Shown here piece after piece: positions 8,068 to 15,845 of a stretch of 43,513 nt of DNA; position 1 is the stretch's first letter, and each line of letters starts with the position of its first letter. A model generated the notes under the pieces. The model saw nothing but the letters and a program-made list of their open reading frames with translations, did not search any database and had not been told where the DNA came from. Source of the stretch: a plasmid; sequence record NZ_CP058956.1; one strand, given 5' to 3'. The position numbers were made by a program, and so were the translations under genes.

Positions 8068-9429
8068 CTAATTATAAATCACGATCTTATCATGGGTGTA
8101 TTCGGCAAAATTACGGTCCACTTGATCAAATACTTCCTGCATCTCGTTATAAATTTTGCCACTGACATAATCCGCCCGCATTTCTGGTTTTTCAAGCAGT
8201 ACCCATTTCATCTGTGAGTAAACATATTTCGCAAATGCCAACCACTGCGGGTAATTAATCGACATTGGGTTTTTAGAAAAATATACCTTTCCGGCATTAG
8301 CTGCTGTAGCAAGAGAATGACTTATAAAAAGCATTGTAGCCAACTTCGGATGCGTTTCTCGTTTTAACGATACAGGTATAGAGTCTTTTACAGAATGCCC
8401 TTCATTAATTCTTTTTAAGGCATATCCCATCCGTGTAATAACCTCTATCAACATCACCGGCACGGACATTGAGCAGAAATGAATAAAATCATATCCTTCA
8501 TAGTACATTCCTTGAACGATTTCAGCGATGGTCTGATCATAGTCACCAATTTTCCCGAACTGAAGCAGATTAAGCAGACTCATAAACGGAGCTGGTAACC
8601 CCATTGATGTAGTGATATCAGATTTAAAATGTATGATTTGTTTTGCAAGAGCCAGAAAGGTATCGCTCTCCCTTCTGTCCGCGTAGTTTTCCATCACTTG
8701 ACATACAACTTTCCCATTTTTATCGATTGTAGTCATTGTTCCGTTCAGAATATCTGACACACCGAATATGAAACCAAGAACCGGATCATGACCAAGTTGT
8801 AATAACCGATGATAATATGCTGACAGTCCCTCAACATAGATTCTCGTATGACGATTGTCCTGTGCATCAAAAGGAACTTTGCTTATCTTGGAATTGGCTA
8901 GCTTCTGCATTTCCTCTTCGGGATATTTTTTATCAAAATAATCCCTGACAAAATCTGATAATGGTCCGGCTTTCAGACCATCCGGCGTTTTCTTCGGAAT
9001 GCCAACGAGTAAAATATCAACCGCTGAACCAACCAAACCGGCAAGAATGGAAATCGCATAGTCAACCTTGTCCATGTGATAGATCTGTTTGAAATCTCTG
9101 TTTAACAGACGAATGGCTTCTTCATTTTGCCTCAGCTCATCTTCTGTAAATAGCGCTCGGATATCACATTTCCCTGTTATATATTGATTTGCCTCTGCGC
9201 ATAGTTCATCCCAATTCGGCACTACTATTACTTCGTTATTACGTTTATTTGCTACCTCATTCTTTGAAGGCAAATCATATCCAAGACTTTTAAGAAGCAC
9301 TTCACTGCGTCGGATTTCATCATCCGTTGCAGACGAATCAGGAAAATGAATGTTTTTTAACTGCTGATCATGATACATGATCACCTTTGCCATTTGTTGA
9401 TCAGTGTCATTATTTTTATTCCTGTTCAT
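8068..9429 (-). CDS. hypothetical 453-aa soluble protein (no recognisable P-loop, DDE or HNH motif; one R-x4-H 'RINEGH' HEPN-like motif)
   Basis: Long AT-rich ORF. It is co-oriented with, and overlaps by 14 nt, the upstream small ORF. Third gene of the cassette. Confidence 0.6.
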   Translation of the reverse strand: MNRNKNNDTDQQMAKVIMYHDQQLKNIHFPDSSATDDEIRRSEVLLKSLGYDLPSKNEVANKRNNEVIVVPNWDELCAEANQYITGKCDIRALFTEDELRQNEEAIRLLNRDFKQIYHMDKVDYAISILAGLVGSAVDILLVGIPKKTPDGLKAGPLSDFVRDYFDKKYPEEEMQKLANSKISKVPFDAQDNRHTRIYVEGLSAYYHRLLQLGHDPVLGFIFGVSDILNGTMTTIDKNGKVVCQVMENYADRRESDTFLALAKQIIHFKSDITTSMGLPAPFMSLLNLLQFGKIGDYDQTIAEIVQGMYYEGYDFIHFCSMSVPVMLIEVITRMGYALKRINEGHSVKDSIPVSLKRETHPKLATMLFISHSLATAANAGKVYFSKNPMSINYPQWLAFAKYVYSQMKWVLLEKPEMRADYVSGKIYNEMQEVFDQVDRNFAEYTHDKIVIYN

Positions 9430-9646
9430 CTGATCCCTCGCTCTTTTCTTTCTCAGCCTCTAGTGCTTTAACCAATACCTCGTTTATTGTCCCAAGATGC
9501 TCAGCCTTCTCGGTTTGATTTGACAGATCTTTTATCTCAGCATCTTGTTTCTGGATTGCTTCCTGCTCTAACCGCTCTTCCTCGCGATGGCGTTTCTCTT
9601 CCTTTTTACGTTTGAATAGCTGAACTAAACCCAAATACAGTGCCAA
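9416..9646 (-). CDS. hypothetical small coiled-coil protein (hydrophobic N-terminus, then a K/E-rich helix)
   Basis: 76 codons with no in-frame ATG; it would need a TTG start. Its end overlaps the start of the 453-aa gene. Confidence 0.3.
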   Translation of the reverse strand: MALYLGLVQLFKRKKEEKRHREEERLEQEAIQKQDAEIKDLSNQTEKAEHLGTINEVLVKALEAEKEKSEGSDEQE

Positions 9647-9774
9647 CAGCTGCTGCCGCCCAAGATATTATCGTTCCCCATTCATTTCGTGGCGGTTCTG
9701 GATAATTAGAGTTGTATTATCGGCTGGTGTGTTCTTATAATCATCATCTTCGTTATTGTTCACTGCGATCGTTC

Positions 9775-10326
9775 TCAAGCAACGCCCAGGTCATTTTTCA
9801 AATCAATAATTGCCTGTTGTAGCAATATATTGAGACTCTGCAAGTAATCCATTCTTTCCTTATCAGCGTCTGCTTCCTTTTTGAGAGCCTCAATAATTGC
9901 TTCATGTTTTGCTAGGGCCTCTTTATACAATCTTTCTTTTTCCTGCTGGAGCTGCTTATTTTTCAGATGGCTGGCTAAGCCCACACCACCTGCAGCGAGA
10001 ATAGCAACTGGTGCGGCTAATACAAAAACGCCGGCAACCATTCCTCCACCGATAAGCGAACCTGCTGTTGCAAGTCCTGATGTAATCCCAGCTGCAGACA
10101 AACCAACTACTCCCAATCCATACAGCGCTGCAAAAGAGCCAACACCACCGATTCCGGCACCTAATGCACCCGCCAAAACCTCCGGTATAGAGCTTTCTTT
10201 AATGGTTCTGTTTTTATCATTCAGTGCCGCCGCAGCTTCATTAATTACATTCACAACGGGCTGAAGTGAATCCACACTCTGAAACACCATATCTTTCTTT
10301 TTTATGCCCTTAGTATCCGAATTCAT
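9775..10326 (-). CDS. glycine-zipper membrane protein with a C-terminal coiled coil
   Basis: 183 aa. The central roughly 70-aa 'GALGAGIGGVGSF...AAGGVGLASHL' segment is a GxxxG/A repeat transmembrane region. The C-terminal 'QQEKERLYKEALAKHEAIIEALKKEADADKER' segment is predicted coiled coil. Confidence 0.6.
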   Translation of the reverse strand: MNSDTKGIKKKDMVFQSVDSLQPVVNVINEAAAALNDKNRTIKESSIPEVLAGALGAGIGGVGSFAALYGLGVVGLSAAGITSGLATAGSLIGGGMVAGVFVLAAPVAILAAGGVGLASHLKNKQLQQEKERLYKEALAKHEAIIEALKKEADADKERMDYLQSLNILLQQAIIDLKNDLGVA

Positions 10327-10438
10327 TTTTTAACTCCATTCTTTCCTGAATCTGTTATTGCCTTTAAGAGCCACGAACTTGCTACAGCCACTCCAGTAAG
10401 AGCCGATAATACAGTAGAACTGAAGATACCAGCTGTTT

Positions 10439-10989
10439 TTATCCATTCATCAGACACTTCTTTTTGAAGAACCTGTAGTTGTTTGCATAGTTGCTTTTCC
10501 AGTTGTCATCAACGATACCGGTTTTCAGAATATTGAGGAACTGCTCCTTGTCGCTGTCAGTAGCAACCTCTGAATCAATCTTTAAGGCTGACTTATTCGG
10601 CTCGTCGAACTCATCCGTTTTCCAGATGCACTGTTCGATGAGCTTGCTCGTCTTGAGTGCTTTGTCGTTTTTCATGCTGCCGTACTTGTCGTAGAATGCG
10701 CGGAGTAGGAGCATGAGCGTCGTTAATGTTGCTGACCATCGATGATTTCCTTTTTGCCGTCCTCGTTCTTGAATGTGACTATCGGGCCGAGGAAATCCTC
10801 GTCAGTGTCGCTGTCGAACTTGTCGCAGTCGTTGTCCGGGAACGCAAAGAGAAACAGGTCGTCCTATAATGTCTGGCATTCCTTTTCTCCCCAGGCGTAT
10901 GGCCTCTGATAGTCCGGTATCGGAAAATCCGTGTTCTTTTCAGTGAAGAGATTCTTTATACTCTTCTAATTAATATTTAGCTTTGACAT
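10439..10989 (-). pseudogene. decayed N-terminal fragment of a DUF262 (GmrSD/ParB-nuclease-like) gene
   Basis: ATG at 10989 with RBS 'ggagaaag'. Translation 'MSKLNIN*KSIKNLFTEKNTDFPIPDYQRPYAWGEKECQTL*DDLF...KKEIIDGQQH*' carries two in-frame TAG codons. A 1-nt frameshift follows, with the continuation '(R)LTTLMLLLRAFYD...' in the next frame (this is the 91-aa ORF at 10439-10714). The DUF262 signatures 'DYQRPY' and 'DGQQRLTTL' are both present. The gene is truncated after about 180 codons. Confidence 0.7.
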
Positions 10990-11567
10990 TCGCTTCTTTC
11001 TCCATCTCAGCGTATTATTATGATTTCTTCCCGTATTCCGCTGTATAAGTATCCTTAGTTTTCTGAAAGCCAAATTCGCTCATCAGCTCGGGGATGAATT
11101 TTTGGTTTTTAAATACATCGTCAATCAGTCTGGTCATCCTGTCACTCCACTCAATTTTTCGAAAAATCGATAGGTATCATTTTTGCTATATAGAAATAAA
11201 TAACATGTCTTAATTTTATCATAAAAACGGATGCCTTTAAACCACCTTTTGCGAAGTGTTATTTGATAGAAATAACACTTTCTATCATGATCATGGCCGA
11301 TCAAGCAGCCCAAATCTCCGAAATGCAAAAATCGCCTCTCAGACGCACTGAAACTTAAATAGATGGGTAAGTTATCCATTACGTTTCGTCTGAGAGGCAA
11401 TTATCGAAATGCACTAAAAAATCGAGCCAGTTAGCCGCTGACTCGATTATGGTATAATATTTTTGTCCAAGAACATTGGCGGTGCTTCGCTTTTCGAAGG
11501 GAGCGATGCCAATGAAGGAGTTGAAAAAACACACGACGCTTCCCATCATTATGAAAGGGATCCATAA

Positions 11568-11732
11568 GTGTCAAACCGACATCAAGATGGCGCCGACTTA
11601 AAAGGTCTTGCCGCTGTTCTTCACGAACTGCATGGCTTACCGATCGGCGTTCAATATGCAGCTTTGGCCACGGTCGTAATCATTGTGATTGCTTCCCTCA
11701 TAGCCGGTTGCTACATGGTCAGTCATTTCTGA
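11568..11732 (+). CDS. small single-TM membrane peptide (54 aa, GTG start), paralog of the ORF at 14245
   Basis: RBS 'aaaggga' lies 7 nt upstream of GTG. Translation: VSNRHQDGADLKGLAAVLHELHGLPIGVQYAALATVVIIVIASLIAGCYMVSHF. Preceded by a 31-aa leader ORF (11510-11605). A promoter-like extended -10 'tggtataat' sits at about 11451-11459, and a terminator follows downstream. Confidence 0.4.
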   Translation: MSNRHQDGADLKGLAAVLHELHGLPIGVQYAALATVVIIVIASLIAGCYMVSHF

Positions 11733-11834
11733 CCAAAAAGAAAAACCATCTTTATGAGTGGCAGCTCTAAGATGGTGTTGTACATTCTTAATTTAGTTTA
11801 AAGTGTAAGCACTGTCGATTTTCAAGGACATTCG

Positions 11835-11869
11835 GGCTAACGTGTTCCCTCACGTTAGCCTTTTTGTTT
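11835..11869 (+). terminator. rho-independent terminator
   Basis: Perfect 10-bp stem 'ggctaacgtg' / 'cacgttagcc', loop 'ttccct', then 'tttttgttt'. Confidence 0.65.
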
Positions 11870-11910
11870 ACGCCATAATTATAGCTGATTTCAATCGTCA
11901 TTGCAATTTG

Positions 11911-11938
11911 AAAACGCCTTGCCAGACCAGGCAAGGCG
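11911..11938 (-). terminator. rho-independent terminator of the AAA+ ATPase gene
   Basis: 9-bp stem 'cgccttgcc' / 'ggcaaggcg' with a TTTT run on the minus strand, about 150 nt downstream of the 12087 stop. Confidence 0.55.
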
Positions 11939-12086
11939 CTATATGAATGGTAAGTGCTAGTTATATAAGGATTGAATAATAGCTAGCAGACAATTTAAGC
12001 GAGGGGAAACCATACCCTCAAGAATGATTATACTCTAGTCTAAAGCGTTTTTAAATTAGCCGGTCTGCAAAAAAATGTCATTGCAG

Positions 12087-13835
12087 CTAAGCGAGTTCGG
12101 CATTGGCCAGATCAATGGCTTTAATGATCGAGAGGCCCTCATCAAAGTCATTTTCGGCAGCCAGACGATTAGCTTGCGCGGTTAAGGCATCCTCAAAGAA
12201 GTTTCTGACCGCGCGACCATTGGCAAAGTCGTCTGGTCGGTTGGCACAGGTCGTCTGAAAAAGATTCATGGCGTAGTCGCGTGCTTCGTCAGTCAGCTCT
12301 ACCCCATACTGGGCGCACATCTTGTCTAACATTTCCAACAGTTCAGCAGGTTCATAGTCCTCAAACTCCAAGTACTTGTTGAAGCGTGACTTCAAGCCGG
12401 GATTGGATGCCAGGAAGGTGGCCATCTGATTTGGATAGCCGGCAACGATCACGATAAAGTCATCACGGTGATCCTCCATGGCCTTCAAAAGCGTATCAAT
12501 GGCTTCCTGACCAAAGTCGCTGCCGCTTCCCGATGCGAGCGTGTAGGCCTCATCGATAAACAGAATCCCGCCCAGTGCCTGATCAATCACGTTCTTGGTC
12601 TTGATCGCTGTCTGCCCGACATAACCGCCAACCAGTCCGGACCGATCGACTTCAACCAGCTGACCCTTGGAGAGAATCCCCATTTTATGGTAGATTTTAG
12701 CCAACAAACGCGCAACGGTGGTCTTGCCGGTCCCTGGATTGCCATAGAATACCAGGTGCAGCGACATGGCAGGCTGCTTGATTCCGCGCTGTTCCCGAAT
12801 CTTGCGGACCTTGAGCAGGTTAATCAATGAGTTAACATCTTTCTTAACGGAATCGAGACCGACCAGATCATTCAGCTGAGCCAGAAGTTCTTCTAAGGTA
12901 GCGTCATCCTCTTCAGCAGTAGCAGTTTTCGTGATGCTATTATCATCAGCCGTCTGTTCTTCATCAGCCATCGTTGAAGATTCTACGCTATCCGTACCAT
13001 CATCGGTTGATTCTGCCGGTTCAGCCATTGGATTTTCTAACCAGAAGATGAACGAACCAGCGCCATTGCCATCAAGAGAGCCTGCAAAAACACTTTGTTG
13101 ATCATCGCTGACAGTAAGCAGACAAGGCTCATCGGAAAGCTTCAGATTCTCCACGCTGCCTGGATTATCCTCCAAGTCGAATTCCATTGCTTCCAAAAGA
13201 TCACCATAGTCAGACGCGCTTGGACCATCGACCAAGTAAAGCGAGGATGAATCATTATGAAGCAGGTACAGCTGTTTTGAAGTGATTTCTTCATATTCGG
13301 GATGATTTTGCATAAATCGTTGGTAAAAATTCAAGTTAATGTTGAAGATACCTTGCGCGCTGCGTTTGATGCTATCGGCACCATCGGCATTTCCACTTAG
13401 ATGACAGATGGTACAGATATTATGAATCAGCCGCAGAACCAAGTCATTGAAATCGATATCTTCAAAATCGGCATCCCCCATTTCGGCACGCCCCAGCTCC
13501 CATTTCAAAATGCTGTGATATATATTACCTGATGTTTTCCAATCTCCTCGAAAGAACAAAGCCTGCGCGAACTGCAGATTGATCAGCATTGAAATGTCAT
13601 CATGATTGCTGTCCAATAACACTTCAATCAGCTTCTCCAGCATCAGTCGCTTATTGACTAGAATCTGGTTAATTTCTTCATCCAGAAACAGGTATTCTAC
13701 CGGACTGTAAATGTAGTCAGACAGGAACCCAATCAGATTTCCCATGGCCACGGTATCACCTGGATTAAACTCGTAGTCATCCAGCAGCTCTATATATTTA
13801 TCCTTATACTCTCCCAATGGATATATCTCTGACAT
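12087..13835 (-). CDS. AAA+ ATPase of the CbbX/SpoVK type with a long acidic N-terminal domain
   Basis: 582 aa. Walker A 'GNPGTGKTT', Walker B 'ILFIDEAY', and a CbbX/SpoVK-like arrangement 'LHLVFYGNPGTGKTTVARLLAKIYHKMGIL'. The N-terminal roughly 300 aa is unassigned. Confidence 0.85.
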   Translation of the reverse strand: MSEIYPLGEYKDKYIELLDDYEFNPGDTVAMGNLIGFLSDYIYSPVEYLFLDEEINQILVNKRLMLEKLIEVLLDSNHDDISMLINLQFAQALFFRGDWKTSGNIYHSILKWELGRAEMGDADFEDIDFNDLVLRLIHNICTICHLSGNADGADSIKRSAQGIFNINLNFYQRFMQNHPEYEEITSKQLYLLHNDSSSLYLVDGPSASDYGDLLEAMEFDLEDNPGSVENLKLSDEPCLLTVSDDQQSVFAGSLDGNGAGSFIFWLENPMAEPAESTDDGTDSVESSTMADEEQTADDNSITKTATAEEDDATLEELLAQLNDLVGLDSVKKDVNSLINLLKVRKIREQRGIKQPAMSLHLVFYGNPGTGKTTVARLLAKIYHKMGILSKGQLVEVDRSGLVGGYVGQTAIKTKNVIDQALGGILFIDEAYTLASGSGSDFGQEAIDTLLKAMEDHRDDFIVIVAGYPNQMATFLASNPGLKSRFNKYLEFEDYEPAELLEMLDKMCAQYGVELTDEARDYAMNLFQTTCANRPDDFANGRAVRNFFEDALTAQANRLAAENDFDEGLSIIKAIDLANAELA

Positions 13836-14244
13836 GAAGTTTTCCCCTTAGTATATGTAGTTATCTTTAATATATCATATGAAGACGACCAAAAACGCCC
13901 GCGCTGAGGAAAACGCGGACGTCAGTGACTACTATTATATGAACGAATGACCAACAATGATTAGTCGGAACATGCAGCAAACTATTGATATACAGGCGTT
14001 TGAGTTGGGCGAGAATGGGGATAACCGTCCAACCGTTAATAATTATACTATATTATAACAATAACTAATAATAAAATGACTTATCACGCAAAAGAATTGG
14101 TATCCCCTATTGAAGTCAATATAATTAAGGTGTTGTCTGATGGCAGCGCTTTGCTTCTTCTGGAAACATTATGAGGGGAGGCGATTGCCATGATGAAAGT
14201 CGTTTTGACTGCTCTGGGCCGCCTTCTTTCGGGAAGGAGCTCGC

Positions 14245-14403
14245 ATGATGTCAGACCTTGATCCGTTCGCGGGCTTGGCAAAAGTGCTCAGTGCGCTGCC
14301 TGGCCTGCCGGAAACCGTGCAACTGGCCGCGTTGGGAACCGTCTGCTTTCTGGCGCTGGTCATCGCGGTAGTCTTTCTCTGGCCGAAGAAGCCGAGAGAA
14401 TAA
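14245..14403 (+). CDS. small single-TM membrane peptide (52 aa), holin-like candidate, paralog of the ORF at 11568
   Basis: Strong RBS 'ggaaggag' precedes the ATGATG start. Translation: MMSDLDPFAGLAKVLSALPGLPETVQLAALGTVCFLALVIAVVFLWPKKPRE. An overlapping 23-aa leader ORF (14190-14261) has its own RBS 'gaggggagg'. The peptide lies just upstream of the endolysin gene. Confidence 0.45.
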   Translation: MMSDLDPFAGLAKVLSALPGLPETVQLAALGTVCFLALVIAVVFLWPKKPRE

Positions 14404-14629
14404 AAAAGGCATCGTCCCGCAGTTTGGCGACTGGGACGGTGCTTTATTTCTGCTATTCATGAAGTAAGGCGCTGTCGATGATGACAACGTGGGCTTGGCG
14501 CTGTGCAGGCGTCAGGCCCTTTTATTTACGTCTTTATTATAGTCGGGCATGGATTGCTAATCAAGAATCGTGGTTCGGCTTTTTCATATCAGTCTATTTA
14601 TAATATAACAGCAAAAGGAGGATGTTTTT

Positions 14630-15574
14630 ATGACCAGTTTTCCGTTAGTTGCCGACATCAGCAGCTATCAGCCTGATGAGCCGGCATTTTTCCAAGCATT
14701 GAAGAATCAAGGAGTCAAGGCGGTTATCGTCAAGATTACGCAAGGCTCTGCGGATGGGGATGCCTATATCAATCCTAAAGCCAAGGCGCAGATAAGCAAC
14801 GCGCGGGCAGCAGGACTGCTCGTGCATGGCTATCACTATGCTCGTTTCAACGGTCGGCAGGATGCCATCAATGAGGCCAAGTGGTTCTACCAAAATGCAA
14901 CCGCGCTGGGATTGGGTAAGGAAAGCGTCTTGGCGGTGGATGCGGAAGATGACGCCCTTGCCCATTACGCGACCGCTGACGTCAACGCGTTTCTGCAGTA
15001 CTTGATCGATCAGAAACACTTAAACGTGGACGTGTATTCGATGGCGTCCTGGTTCTGGGAAAAGCGGCTGATTCAATCGGAGCTGATTGCCAAAAACGAT
15101 TGGGTGGCCAACTATGGTAAGTCGCAGCCTGGCGTTCCCAATGTCGGTACCTGGCAGTTCACCAACAGCTTTTTGGTACACGGCATCGGCATCGACATGT
15201 CCTACGATTTCCATGGCTACTACACCGACCCTAAGATTGGCTACGCGGATGGTCAGCTCGCGATCCAGGTTGAACAGGCACCAACGCCGAAGATTGAGAT
15301 TCCCGTTCCCGATTCATGGGTTGATGAGCTGGGCGATACTTGGCACAAGGAAAAAGGCAGCTTTCTGTTGGGCATGCCGCTGCACCTTCGCTGGGGAGCG
15401 CGAACCAATTCAGCAATTATCGCCATGCTGCCGGCGGGCGTCATCGTAAGCTATGATGCCTGGTCGCGTCACGGCGGCTTCGTCTGGCTCAGACAGCCGC
15501 GCGCCAACCATCAATACGGATATATCACCTGCCGCGATGCACGAACCAATCAGGCATTTGGGACATTCGCCTAA
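14630..15574 (+). CDS. phage-type endolysin: GH25 muramidase with a C-terminal SH3b-like cell-wall-binding domain
   Basis: 314 aa. The N-terminal 'VADISSYQ...GVKAVIVKITQG...YHYARF' matches the GH25 fold signature. The C-terminal roughly 80 aa is SH3_5-like. RBS 'aaaggagga' lies upstream. Confidence 0.85.
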   Translation: MTSFPLVADISSYQPDEPAFFQALKNQGVKAVIVKITQGSADGDAYINPKAKAQISNARAAGLLVHGYHYARFNGRQDAINEAKWFYQNATALGLGKESVLAVDAEDDALAHYATADVNAFLQYLIDQKHLNVDVYSMASWFWEKRLIQSELIAKNDWVANYGKSQPGVPNVGTWQFTNSFLVHGIGIDMSYDFHGYYTDPKIGYADGQLAIQVEQAPTPKIEIPVPDSWVDELGDTWHKEKGSFLLGMPLHLRWGARTNSAIIAMLPAGVIVSYDAWSRHGGFVWLRQPRANHQYGYITCRDARTNQAFGTFA

Positions 15575-15845
15575 TCTCGCAACAAAAAATCGCCCCACTG
15601 GCAGTCAGTGAGACGATTCTGGATAATCAACTAAGCGGAATGAGATCGTTAATCATCTATCTAGCGAAACAAAATCAATGTGAATTGGGTGAAAAATTTC
15701 GTGAGATGAAATTTCTGAAGGGATGGGCTAACCCTTCATTGATATTACAGCGCTTTCTTTTGTCTTTTTAAATATGTTGCACTATATTATAACTACAAAA
15801 ATTCAACACAAATAGAAACGCCCATGTCTGGACGCTTTTCTATCC

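Noticed and set aside
9647-9774. Gly/Ala-rich open frame '...EWGTIISWAAAAVGTVFGFSSAIQT*' between the 183-aa and 76-aa genes
   Set aside because: It has no ATG, GTG or TTG start and no RBS. It is possibly a relic of a formerly longer membrane protein, but as it stands it is not a gene.
11134-11400. Minus-strand 88-aa ORF
   Set aside because: It overlaps the palindrome-rich structured leader and has an odd composition and no RBS. The structures are better explained as regulatory RNA or DNA elements.
14084-14487. Three small minus-strand ORFs (65, 64 and 78 aa)
   Set aside because: They are arginine/serine-rich overlaps antisense to the well-supported plus-strand small-peptide gene and its RBS, with no translation signals.
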